47,335 bases of DNA from positions 1 through 47,335 of the forward strand of contig MHJF01000023.1 in the NCBI GenBank assembly GCA_001818675.1, given 5' to 3'. The notes under the pieces are model-generated. The model ran no database searches. It was not told the DNA's origin and worked only from the letters and a program-made list of their open reading frames with translations. Positions 32,634 through 42,025 of this stretch are shown here, piece after piece; positions within the stretch are counted from its first letter, which is position 1; each line of letters starts with the position of its first letter. This DNA is from Candidatus Harrisonbacteria bacterium RIFCSPHIGHO2_02_FULL_40_20 (lineage in GTDB: Bacteria > Patescibacteriota > Minisyncoccia > UBA6257 > WO2-44-18). A program made the position numbers and the translations under genes.

Positions 32634-33860
32634 TTAAAAAGTCTTATTTTTAATTTCTGCGAGCAATTTTTTTACTAGATCTTTAACTGGCAGAGTCTGG
32701 GATTCTTTAGTTTTGTAATAACGCGCGCTGACGGTTTTGGCGGCTATTTCTTTTTCGCCGACTATTAAAATATAGGGCACATGGCGAAGTTCGGCTTCGC
32801 GGATTTTTTTACCGATAGTGTCGTTGCCAATATTTAATTTAGTCCTGATGCCTTTGGTGGAAAGTTTTTTTGCTATTTGTTTTGCGTATTTGGCGTGGCT
32901 TTCCGCAATGCTCATTATTTCTGCTTGGACAGGGGAAAGCCACAACGGCAGTCGGCCATCCGTATGCTCTAAAAGCATTCCAATAAATCTCTCAAAAGAC
33001 CCGAAAAAGGCTCGGTGAATGACCCACGGAAGTTTTTTAGAGCCATCTTTGGCGACGTAGTATGTTTCAAATTGTTTAGGAAGCATTACTAGGTCAAGCT
33101 GTTCGGTTGCCATTTGCCAATCGCGTCCCTGTGAGTCAATTAGGTGCGCTTCAATTTTTGGTCCGTAAAAAGCTCCTTCACCCTCGGCAATTTTAAATTC
33201 TTTTCCAGCATCTTTTAGTGCGTCTGATAAAGATTTTTCTGCTTTGTCCCAATCAGATTTTAAGCCGAGAGCCTTTTCTGGCCGGGTGGCAAGAATGTAG
33301 GTAGGTTTAAGATCAAACATCGCATAAAATTTATCAATAACGCCAATAATCGCCACCATTTCTTTTTTAACTTGGTTGGGCATCGCATAAGTATGCGCAT
33401 CATCCATTGTAATTTGGCGTACTCGGAACATTCCTCCTAATGTGCCGGAGAGTTCGTTGCGATGCAGACGACCAATTTCCGCCAGCCGTAATGGCAAGTC
33501 TTTATAGCTGCGAACGCGTGAGTTAAATATATAAGACGACTCCGGACAATTCATTGGTTTTAGAATCATTTTTTCTTTATCATCTCGAGGATTAGTAAAA
33601 TAGAACATATTATCTTTGAAAAATTGCCAATGGCCGGATTTTTCAAAAACTTCTTGTTTAACCATGATTGGTGTGGACACCTCTTCATATCCGGTTCTAT
33701 CCATTTCTTCACGCAGCCATTTTTCTAGCTCTTTAAAGATAATCATTCCGTTGTTATGCCAAAACGGCGCTCCCGGAGCGATTTCTTGAAAAGAGAAGAG
33801 ATCTAGCGCTTGCCCGATTTCCCGGTGGTCACGCATCTTTTTTGGTTCATTAGATTCCAT
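32634..33860 (-). CDS. thrS: threonyl-tRNA synthetase, catalytic core plus anticodon-binding domain only
   Basis: 408 aa starting near RDHREIGQALDLF, the point where the class II core begins in full-length ThrRS. Contains RLHRNELSGTLGGMFRVRQITMDDAH. Confidence 0.9.
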   Translation of the reverse strand: MESNEPKKMRDHREIGQALDLFSFQEIAPGAPFWHNNGMIIFKELEKWLREEMDRTGYEEVSTPIMVKQEVFEKSGHWQFFKDNMFYFTNPRDDKEKMILKPMNCPESSYIFNSRVRSYKDLPLRLAEIGRLHRNELSGTLGGMFRVRQITMDDAHTYAMPNQVKKEMVAIIGVIDKFYAMFDLKPTYILATRPEKALGLKSDWDKAEKSLSDALKDAGKEFKIAEGEGAFYGPKIEAHLIDSQGRDWQMATEQLDLVMLPKQFETYYVAKDGSKKLPWVIHRAFFGSFERFIGMLLEHTDGRLPLWLSPVQAEIMSIAESHAKYAKQIAKKLSTKGIRTKLNIGNDTIGKKIREAELRHVPYILIVGEKEIAAKTVSARYYKTKESQTLPVKDLVKKLLAEIKNKTF

Positions 33861-33884
33861 AAACTATATTGTATAACAGACGGG

Positions 33885-33972
33885 TGGTTAGCGACTAGTG
33901 TTGAGTGACTAACCCGACTAATTATTTATTGTCCGTCGGACTAGTGGCTAACCACTAGTGGCTAGTCGCTGA
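33885..33972. repeat. ACTAGT-type palindromic intergenic repeat, site 3
   Basis: GGTTAGCGACTAGTG ... GGACTAGTGGCTAACCACTAGTGGCTAGTCGCTGA, between thrS and dnaE. Confidence 0.8.
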
Positions 33973-36900
33973 TTAAAGCGCTATTGCTTCTTCGCAAATA
34001 AGCTTGGCTTCACCATCGCGCATAGAAATTTTTCCTCTAATGCAAACTGGCCCATTTTCTATCCAAACAGGGATGCTTCGAGCAAGAGTTTCGGGGAAAA
34101 CTACTATTTCCATCGCATCATTAAAATCTTCTACTTTCGCGAACAACATTGGTTTTCCGGTTTTGGTAATGATTTTTTGCAGTTTAGAAATGACCCCGGC
34201 AATTATTTGATAGCCGCTGGTTTCTGCGCGCACTTCTTTAATGGGCCGCGCTTTTAAGGTTTCTATTTTTTGGCGGTAACTGTTTAAGGGATGGTCGGAG
34301 ATATATAATCCGAGCAGTTCTTTTTCCCAAGTTAATTTTTCTTGGGATGTCGCTGGCGCCACCTTTTTGAGCCTTAAGGATTGCGAATTTGATCCTGTGC
34401 GGCCGAATAATCCGATTTGACTGCTCACAGACTCTTTTTTAAGTGCGCTGTGCCACTTGAGAACTTCTTCTATATTAGAAACTATTTGATTGCGTTCTAT
34501 TCCTAGAGAATCTAAGGCGCCGGATTTTGCCAGGCTTTCCATAGATTTTTTATTGAAGTCTTTATGTTGGACTCGGTTTAATAATTCAGTGAGATTGACA
34601 AATGGCCCGCTTCGTTCTCTCGCTTCAATGATCGCGCCTACTATCGCAGTGCCAATATTTTTAATAGCCGTCAGCCCAAAGCGGATATTATTTTCTTCAC
34701 AGGTAAAGGCGCTGGCGCTTTTGTTGACGTCCGGCGGCAATACTTGAATATTCATTTTTTTGCATTCGCTGATTAAAAAAGCGATACGCTCTACGTCGCC
34801 AGAATCTGCATTCAGCAAGCTAGCCATAAATTCCGAAGGATAATTGGCTCTTAAATAGGCGGTTTGATAGCCAATCATCGCATAACAAGCGGCATGGCTG
34901 CGGTTAAAGCCATAGCGGGCAAAAGGAGGGAAGAGGTCCCAGATGGCTTTAGCCGATTTGGCGTCGATCCCGTTTTTAAGCATTCCGTTAATTAATCTTT
35001 CGCTTTGTTTATCCAGCAGTTCTTTAATTTTTTTACCAATAGCTTTTCGCAGAGTATCGGCTTCCGCCAAAGTAAATCCTGCTAAATCTCTGGCAATGCG
35101 CATCATTTGTTCTTGATAGATTCCTACGCCGTAGGTAGTTTTTAAAATTGGTTCTAATTTTGGATGGACATACTCAATTTTTTCTTTGCCGTGTTTTCTT
35201 TTGATATAGCTTGGGATAAGTTCTATCGGTCCGGGGCGATACAGCGCCACCATCGCGATAATGTCCTCAATTTCGGTAGGCTTTAATTCTTTGAGATATC
35301 TTCTCATACCCGAAGATTCTAATTGAAATACTCCGGTAGTTTCGGCGGCTTGAAGCATAGCAAAAGTTTTTTTGTCATCCAGCGGCAAGCTAGAGATATT
35401 TATTTTTTTACCGGTACGTTCTTGGATTAATCGGAGGGTGTCTTCAATAATTGTTAAGTTTTTTAATCCCAGAAGATCAATTTTTAAGAGGCCAATATCT
35501 TCCACGCTATGCATTTCAAACTGGGTAACAATCACATCTTTGGCTTTTTGGAGCGGTAGGTATTCGGTTAGGTCTTTGGCGGCAATGACAGTGCCACAAG
35601 CATGGACAGAAGCATGGCGGACTACGCCCTCAAAATGTTTGGCTATATCTATAATTTTTTTTGCATCAGCATCACCGTTATAAAGCTTTGTGAATTCCGG
35701 TATTAATTTTAATGCTTCATCAATATCAGTATTAAAGGGAATTAGTTTTGCGATTTTATCGCATAACGCAAGATTAATTCCTAAGGCTCGTCCAACATCA
35801 CGGACAGAAAGCCGCGCCGCCATTGTTCCAAAAGTAATTATGTTGGCAACTCGGTTTTCCCCGTATTTTTCTTTTAAATATCCAAAAACTTCATCGCGCC
35901 GACGGTCAGTAATATCTACGTCAATGTCAGGCATTTGAATGCGATCGGGGTTCAAGAATCTTTCAAAAAGCAGGTCGTATTTTAACGGGTCAATATCAGT
36001 AATGCCGAGTATGTAGGCCAGTAAACTTCCTGCCGCAGATCCTCGGCCCGGACCAACAACGATATTGCGGTCTTTTGCCCAGTTAATAAAGTCTTGAACT
36101 ATTAAGAGATAATCCTCAAATCCGGTTTTTTCAATTACTCCAAGTTCATAATCGAGCCTTTCTTGGATTTTAGGCGTGATTTCAGAGAATCTTTGCCCCA
36201 CTCTTTCTCGAATAAGTTCTTTAAGATAATTGATTCCAGATTGGCCGTTTGGAGTATCAAATTTTGGCAATAGGACTTGGTGAAGTTTTAATTCAACATT
36301 ACATTGGTCAGAGATTTTTGCAGTATTGGCAACCGCTTCTGGAGTATCTTTGAAGAGCTCTGCCATTTCTTCTGGAGACGTCATGGAAAAATCGTCGTCT
36401 TTAAGAGTCAGCCGATCAGTATCCGTAACTTTATTGCCAGTTTGAATGGCGAGAAAAATATCGTGATAAGTCGCGTCTTCTTTTTTTAAATAATGGATAT
36501 CTTGGGTGGCGACAAGGGGGATGTTGGTTTTTTTAGAAATTTGAATCAAACCATTATGGACCTTGATGGTTTCTTTAATTCCGGGATGATGTCCAATTTC
36601 AATGAAAAAATTTCCCGCGCCAAAAATATTTAAGTATTCTAGCGCTACCTCTTCTGCTTTTTGCGCTTTTCCCTGTAGAAGCATTCGGGACACTTCGCCT
36701 GATAAACATCCGGAAAGCGCAATCAATCCTTCCGAATGTTGTTTTAGGATTTCTTTACTCATCTGGGGTTTGTAATAAAAACCGTGCAGATGGCTATGGG
36801 TGACTAATTTTAAAAGATTTTTCCAGCCAGTTTCATTTTTGGCTAAAAGTATAAGATGGAAATATTTATTTTGCGGATCGTCGGACGCGACATAGGCCTC

Positions 36901-37098
36901 AACGCCCAAAATTGGTTTTATGCCTGCGGCTTTTGCTTTTTGATAAAATTCTATTGCTCCATAGAGATTGCCGTGATCAGTGAGCGCGATAGAATCCATT
37001 CCTAGCTCTTTAGTTCTGCTGATTAAGCCATCAATTTTGGCGAGCCCATCTAAGAGGGAATAATGTGAATGGGTGTGAAGATGGGTAAAGTGATGCAT
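33973..37098 (-). CDS. dnaE: DNA polymerase III alpha subunit
   Basis: 1041 aa. PHP domain HLHTHSHYSLLDG, then PDIDVD and a C-terminal OB-like region. Confidence 0.96.
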   Translation of the reverse strand: MHHFTHLHTHSHYSLLDGLAKIDGLISRTKELGMDSIALTDHGNLYGAIEFYQKAKAAGIKPILGVEAYVASDDPQNKYFHLILLAKNETGWKNLLKLVTHSHLHGFYYKPQMSKEILKQHSEGLIALSGCLSGEVSRMLLQGKAQKAEEVALEYLNIFGAGNFFIEIGHHPGIKETIKVHNGLIQISKKTNIPLVATQDIHYLKKEDATYHDIFLAIQTGNKVTDTDRLTLKDDDFSMTSPEEMAELFKDTPEAVANTAKISDQCNVELKLHQVLLPKFDTPNGQSGINYLKELIRERVGQRFSEITPKIQERLDYELGVIEKTGFEDYLLIVQDFINWAKDRNIVVGPGRGSAAGSLLAYILGITDIDPLKYDLLFERFLNPDRIQMPDIDVDITDRRRDEVFGYLKEKYGENRVANIITFGTMAARLSVRDVGRALGINLALCDKIAKLIPFNTDIDEALKLIPEFTKLYNGDADAKKIIDIAKHFEGVVRHASVHACGTVIAAKDLTEYLPLQKAKDVIVTQFEMHSVEDIGLLKIDLLGLKNLTIIEDTLRLIQERTGKKINISSLPLDDKKTFAMLQAAETTGVFQLESSGMRRYLKELKPTEIEDIIAMVALYRPGPIELIPSYIKRKHGKEKIEYVHPKLEPILKTTYGVGIYQEQMMRIARDLAGFTLAEADTLRKAIGKKIKELLDKQSERLINGMLKNGIDAKSAKAIWDLFPPFARYGFNRSHAACYAMIGYQTAYLRANYPSEFMASLLNADSGDVERIAFLISECKKMNIQVLPPDVNKSASAFTCEENNIRFGLTAIKNIGTAIVGAIIEARERSGPFVNLTELLNRVQHKDFNKKSMESLAKSGALDSLGIERNQIVSNIEEVLKWHSALKKESVSSQIGLFGRTGSNSQSLRLKKVAPATSQEKLTWEKELLGLYISDHPLNSYRQKIETLKARPIKEVRAETSGYQIIAGVISKLQKIITKTGKPMLFAKVEDFNDAMEIVVFPETLARSIPVWIENGPVCIRGKISMRDGEAKLICEEAIAL

Positions 37099-37176
37099 AA
37101 TAATTTCATTTTATATTTTTTGATAGTCTTATTGCAAATAAATCCCGCACATAGTTTTTTATGTGCGGGAAAAATT

Positions 37177-38307
37177 CTACTTCTTTTTAAATTTTTTGAG
37201 CTCTTTTTCAAATTCCAGCTCTTTGCTCTCTCGTTTCACTTTAAATTTAATTTTGTCACCGGGATTTTTTTCAAAAAACACGTATTCTTCAATTTCTAGA
37301 GCGTTTTTTGGAGCGCGTCCGTCATAGTTAAGAATAATATCGCCATTTCTTAAATACAGAAGTTCCTCTCCGGAAATCACAATAGAAACATCGTAAACCC
37401 ACCTTACCGCTACGCCTTCCGAACTGTCTACAAGCACTGTTTGGAGATCGGCGTGTTTGACTTCACCTCCAGCCTTCAGTTGCTTATCTAGCCGCTTAAG
37501 GTAATTGACTGGCGTTGCTAAACTACACAGATAGACTCCCAGTTCGTCATTCATCATTAAGACATTGATTCCGACCACTTCCCCCTTATCGTTTAAAAGC
37601 GGCCCGCCGGAATTACCATAATTAATGCGGGCACTATGGACTAATTTATTCAGGTAGGGAATTTGTGTTTTAACAATTATTCCCGTGGTGGGAGCATGAT
37701 CTAAAAATGTGTGAGAATGGCCGATGGTCATTACTGGATCAACCGGTTGGATTAGGGAAGAATCGCCTAGTTTTGCGGCATTGCCGTTAAAAACAAACTT
37801 TTCCTTTTTAAAATTAAGCACCGCCAAGTCGGCCTTAAGGTCGTAGCCAACTAATTCCAGATCCTCATTTGGGAGATTCTTTTTAAAGCTCGCTTCAATG
37901 GCAAAGATTTTATATTGGGGACGATAAATGTGGCCGGCGGTGTAAACGTAGAATTTGCCGTTTTCTTCGTCTTTGGCGACAAACCCTGACATTACAGCTG
38001 GATCAAATTGTTTTTCTTTCTTTTTAACTTCAACCGGTTTTCGAACCACTGTCCCGTTCGGTTGTTTTTGATCTTGCCATTCAGTTACGGTCACTTCGAT
38101 TTCGCGTTCATAAATAATTATCAGAGTAGCGGAATAATCCGCCTGTTCGTAAATTTCTTTAAAAGTTGGCTTTTTTTCTGTTGCCGGCGCAGCCACAGCT
38201 GGCGCTGGGTTTGCTGGCGGTAAAGGGGGATCAGCCGTAGAACTGGTATAGGAAAAAATACCAAGGATCGCAATCAACACGATGCCTAAAGAAGCAGATG
38301 GCCTCAT
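37177..38307 (-). CDS. HtrA/DegP-like trypsin-fold serine protease with PDZ-like tail
   Basis: 376 aa. N-terminal anchor. Triad candidates TAGHIY, DLAVL and GNSGGPLL. Confidence 0.8.
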   Translation of the reverse strand: MRPSASLGIVLIAILGIFSYTSSTADPPLPPANPAPAVAAPATEKKPTFKEIYEQADYSATLIIIYEREIEVTVTEWQDQKQPNGTVVRKPVEVKKKEKQFDPAVMSGFVAKDEENGKFYVYTAGHIYRPQYKIFAIEASFKKNLPNEDLELVGYDLKADLAVLNFKKEKFVFNGNAAKLGDSSLIQPVDPVMTIGHSHTFLDHAPTTGIIVKTQIPYLNKLVHSARINYGNSGGPLLNDKGEVVGINVLMMNDELGVYLCSLATPVNYLKRLDKQLKAGGEVKHADLQTVLVDSSEGVAVRWVYDVSIVISGEELLYLRNGDIILNYDGRAPKNALEIEEYVFFEKNPGDKIKFKVKRESKELEFEKELKKFKKK

Positions 38308-38504
38308 AACAATCCCCCTTCCCCGCGCATAAAATTATTTTTATGTTTGGGAATTGATTATTAAAGTTCAATCAGGAAACTTTTGGTATTATATCACGAA
38401 AAGCAGGAAAATGTAAAGGGATAGGGGCAACTTGTATAATCCAAAAAATTGTTTTAATATAATTGAATAAAGACTAAGAGTTTTCCGATTTTATTTTTTA
38501 ATCT

Positions 38505-38666
38505 ATGGGTGGCGTACCAGTTAAACATCATAGTAAATCAAAAGTTGGCCGTCGGCGGTCGCATTTAGCTTTGAAGAAAACCAATATTTTTGTTTGTAAA
38601 AATTGCCAAGGGCCAACGATGCCGCACAGATCCTGCGCGCAATGCGGAGCGTATAATCAGAAATAA
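38505..38666 (+). CDS. rpmF: 50S ribosomal protein L32
   Basis: 53-aa ORF below the track cut-off: MGGVPVKHHSKSKVGRRRSHLALKKTNIFVCKNCQGPTMPHRSCAQCGAYNQK. It has the L32 layout with CxxC...CxxC. Confidence 0.85.
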   Translation: MGGVPVKHHSKSKVGRRRSHLALKKTNIFVCKNCQGPTMPHRSCAQCGAYNQK

Positions 38667-38789
38667 ACTCAAAACTTAAAATGCGAAATTGCAATTTAAA
38701 AGTAAAAAGTTTTTTTTTAAAAAACAATTTTGCATTTTAACTTATAATTTTGACCTTTGATTTTTAAATTTTGAATTCAACACCAAAGT

Positions 38790-39317
38790 ATGGCCACTCG
38801 TCATTTAGCTCGTTCCGTTGTGCTTCAGTCTCTTTACGAATGGGATTTTTATGGGCGCAAAAATGATTTAACCGTCATTATTGAACGAAATATTTCAGAG
38901 TTTGCTCCGGGCATTGATGAGCCGGAATTTATTTGGAAATTGGTTAAGGGGATAGTGGAGCAAATGGGGAAATTGGATCAAATTATTGTTAAGGCCGCTC
39001 CGGAGTGGCCGGTGGAACAGATCGCCATTATTGACCGCAATGCTTTGCGGTTAGGCTTATATGAGCTTTTATATGCGGATCCTAATGAGGTTCCTCCTAA
39101 AGTGGCTATTAATGAAGCTATTGAGATTGCGAAAAATTATGGCGGCCCGAATTCGGGAAAATTTATTAATGGCGTTTTAGGCACGGTTTATAAAGAAATG
39201 CAGGCTTCGGGACAAATAAAGGAACAGCCGAAAGACGAGAAAAAAGAAGAAAAATCAAAAGAACAATCTTTCGCCGCTAAAGCTAAGGGGGGCAAGGGAA
39301 AAGACGACAAAAAATAA
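38790..39317 (+). CDS. nusB: transcription antitermination factor NusB
   Basis: 175 aa with [17 protein letters not shown] and [12 protein letters not shown]. Has a Lys-rich C-terminal tail. Confidence 0.88.
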   Translation: MATRHLARSVVLQSLYEWDFYGRKNDLTVIIERNISEFAPGIDEPEFIWKLVKGIVEQMGKLDQIIVKAAPEWPVEQIAIIDRNALRLGLYELLYADPNEVPPKVAINEAIEIAKNYGGPNSGKFINGVLGTVYKEMQASGQIKEQPKDEKKEEKSKEQSFAAKAKGGKGKDDKK

Positions 39318-39326
39318 AATTTATCT

Positions 39327-39393
39327 GCCAATAGGGTTTAGGGCGTAGCCAATAGGTTTACTAGTGGCTATACCTTAGTCGCTAGTGGCTAAT
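39327..39393. repeat. ACTAGT-type intergenic repeat, site 4
   Basis: GCCAATAGGGTTTA / GCCAATAGGTTTA, then ACTAGTGGCTATACCTTAGTCGCTAGTGGCTAA, between nusB and rnc. Confidence 0.7.
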
Positions 39394-39396
39394 CGA

Positions 39397-40077
39397 ATGG
39401 ATTTCTCAAAACTCGAAGAAAAAATTAGTTATAAGTTTAAAGACAGAGATTTGCTTAAAGAATCTTTGACGCACCGCTCGTATCTTAATGAAAATCCTTC
39501 TTGGCATTTGCCTAATAATGAAAGATTGGAATTTTTAGGGGACGCGGTTTTAGAATTGGCTACTACGGAAGAATTGTATAATCGATATCCGGAGTCTCAA
39601 GAGGGAGAGTTGACTAGTTATCGCGCGGCGCTAGTTAATTATCAAATGATGGCTACTATTGCCAAAGAAATTGGCTTAGAAAATTTTGTTTTGTTGTCGC
39701 GTGGAGAAGCTAAAGATATGGGGCGCGCTCGTGATGTGATTTTAGCGAACGCGATGGAAGGATTGATCGGCGCTATTTATTTAGATTCAGATTATTTAGG
39801 GGCTAAAAAATTTGTGAAAGCTTTTGTGCTAAGCCATTTGGCAGAAGTTATAGCTAAGGGATTATATAAAGACGCAAAAAGTTTATTGCAGGAAAAATCT
39901 CAGGCGGATTTGAAGATTACCCCGAATTATAAAGTGATTTCGGAAAAAGGGCCGGATCATTCCAAGATTTTTGAAGTGGGAGTATTTTTAAATGATAAAA
40001 TGGTTGCTATCGGTAGTGGCCAGTCTAAGCAAGACGCGGAAGTTGAGGCGGCCAAGAGGGCGCTGGAAAATTTATAA
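39397..40077 (+). CDS. rnc: ribonuclease III
   Basis: Signature ERLEFLGDAVLE and a C-terminal dsRBD. I prefer the ATG at 39397 to the GTG at 39385, which lies inside a repeat. Confidence 0.93.
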   Translation: MDFSKLEEKISYKFKDRDLLKESLTHRSYLNENPSWHLPNNERLEFLGDAVLELATTEELYNRYPESQEGELTSYRAALVNYQMMATIAKEIGLENFVLLSRGEAKDMGRARDVILANAMEGLIGAIYLDSDYLGAKKFVKAFVLSHLAEVIAKGLYKDAKSLLQEKSQADLKITPNYKVISEKGPDHSKIFEVGVFLNDKMVAIGSGQSKQDAEVEAAKRALENL

Positions 40078-40144
40078 GCTTTATTATATAATCCCAAAAG
40101 CTTTTCATTGACAACTAAAATAGATTGAGAGGAAAGAGGCGCAA

Positions 40145-41962
40145 ATGCAAAAGGCAAAGTTTCCGTGGTTTTGGATCGGTTTTTTGATTTTGATTTTGGT
40201 TTTTATAGATTACAAAAAGATGCAAGCCGTGAAACCCCAGGATTTAAATATTAATCAGCTTTATAAAGATATCAATGGGGGATTAGTAGAGAAAATAAAT
40301 ATTGATCCTGAATCAGGAAATATTGTTGGAAAATTTAAAGACGGCAAGAAATTTAAAAGCCGGGTTATAGATACCGGTGATTTGCAAAGCGTGGCGATGG
40401 AAAGGGGCGTGGAAGTTGATGTTTTGGAGCCGGCGTTTCCTTGGGTGTATCTTTTTGCGCCGACTATTCTTTTTATGGTTCTATTGATTGGCTTTTGGGT
40501 TTGGATGCTCCGTAAAGGAGGAGGCGGAAATATATTAAAATTCCCTGCTAAGTTTCAAGGTACGGGATTGGAAAAAGCGGCTGCTAATCCTACTCGTTTT
40601 AAAGATGTGGCTGGTTGCGACGAGGCTATTGAAGAAGCAAAAGAATTCATGAAGTTTTTTCTTTATCCGGATATTTTTAATCGTTTTGGCATTAATCTTC
40701 CGCGAGGGTTACTGCTCATCGGTCCGCCCGGAACTGGAAAAACTTTATTGGCTAAAGCGATTGCCGGCGAAGCGAAAATGAATTTTATTCCTTTAAGTGG
40801 TTCGGACTTTATAGAAATGTTTGTCGGCGTAGGAGCGCAAAGAGTTCGGGGATTATTTGCCACAGCGAGAAAGAACGCGCCCTGCATTATTTTTATTGAT
40901 GAGATTGATTCGGTTGCTCAACGCCGCGGTAATTACAAAGGTTTTGGCGGCCATGAAGAACGGGAACAGACGCTTAATGCTCTTTTGGCGGAAATGGATG
41001 GTTTTGATGAAAATACGGGCATTTTAATTGTCGCTGCTACTAACAGGCCAGACGTTTTGGATCCTGCTTTACGAAGGCCGGGTAGATTTGATCGAGAGCT
41101 TTTTCTTTCGCTACCCGATGTTGTCGGCCGGGAAGCTATTTTGAAGGCGCACATTAAAAGCCGTGTTTTAGATCAAGGCATCAGTTTAAGAAATATAGCT
41201 AAAATGACAACTGGATTTTCGGGCGCGGACCTTGCGAATTTGATTAATGAGGCGGCGATTTTTGCCAGTCGGCGTTTATTGGAAGAAGAGAAGGTTACAA
41301 AGATGAAATTGAATGCCGTTATTACTTCAAAAGATTTTAATGATGCTTTTGACAAGATTTTGTTGGGGCCGGAGAAAAAATCTCGGGTAGTTTCTGAAAA
41401 GGATAAAATGACCACTGCTTATCATGAAGCTGGCCATGTGATTGCCGCGAGGCATTGTTTGAATGCCGATCCTTTAAGAAAAGTTACTATTATTCCTCGA
41501 GGGCGCATGGGCGGAGCCACTCATTATTTGCCGAATGAAGATCGCCAATATTATAGCGAGAGCTATCTTCTTGATCATTTAGTTTCAATGATGGGCGGCC
41601 GCGTGGCGGAAGTGTTAAAATTTAACGAGAAGACTAGCGGCGCTGGCCACGATCTTGCTCAAGCTTCTAAAATTGCAAGGGCGATGGTTTGTGAATTTGG
41701 CATGAGTGAAGCAGTTGGCAAAGTAATTTATTCCAGGCACGAATCATTTTTAGGCAATGAAGAATTCTTGGATTGCTCTCCGGAAACTAAAGCGATTATC
41801 GATCAAGAAATTAAACGCTTTTTAGAGGAAGCTTATAAGAGGGCTGAAGAGATTTTACGGCAACACAATGATCAATTAGAAAAAGTCGCCCAAGCTCTCT
41901 TGGAAAAAGAGACTTTAGATGCGGAAGAAATCGACACATTGCTGATTGAAGTTGTTGATTAA
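40145..41962 (+). CDS. ftsH: ATP-dependent zinc metalloprotease FtsH
   Basis: 605 aa with Walker A GPPGTGKT, Walker B IIFIDEID, the SRH, and HEAGH. Confidence 0.96.
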   Translation: MQKAKFPWFWIGFLILILVFIDYKKMQAVKPQDLNINQLYKDINGGLVEKINIDPESGNIVGKFKDGKKFKSRVIDTGDLQSVAMERGVEVDVLEPAFPWVYLFAPTILFMVLLIGFWVWMLRKGGGGNILKFPAKFQGTGLEKAAANPTRFKDVAGCDEAIEEAKEFMKFFLYPDIFNRFGINLPRGLLLIGPPGTGKTLLAKAIAGEAKMNFIPLSGSDFIEMFVGVGAQRVRGLFATARKNAPCIIFIDEIDSVAQRRGNYKGFGGHEEREQTLNALLAEMDGFDENTGILIVAATNRPDVLDPALRRPGRFDRELFLSLPDVVGREAILKAHIKSRVLDQGISLRNIAKMTTGFSGADLANLINEAAIFASRRLLEEEKVTKMKLNAVITSKDFNDAFDKILLGPEKKSRVVSEKDKMTTAYHEAGHVIAARHCLNADPLRKVTIIPRGRMGGATHYLPNEDRQYYSESYLLDHLVSMMGGRVAEVLKFNEKTSGAGHDLAQASKIARAMVCEFGMSEAVGKVIYSRHESFLGNEEFLDCSPETKAIIDQEIKRFLEEAYKRAEEILRQHNDQLEKVAQALLEKETLDAEEIDTLLIEVVD

Positions 41963-41969
41963 ATTATGG

Positions 41970-42001
41970 CGGTCCGATACACATCGGGCCGTTTTTATTT
42001 T
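41970..42001 (+). terminator. intrinsic terminator after ftsH
   Basis: CGGTCCGAT-ACAC-ATCGGGCCG followed by TTTTTATTTTT. Confidence 0.8.
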
Positions 42002-42025
42002 TAGGTTTTGTCTTATAATAATGTC

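Noticed and set aside
37069-37299. 76-aa plus-strand ORF and the 38521-38727 minus-strand ORF
   Set aside because: Their translations are low-complexity and Phe/Lys-rich from AT-rich spacer. They overlap dnaE/htrA-like ends, or rpmF and its terminator hairpin.
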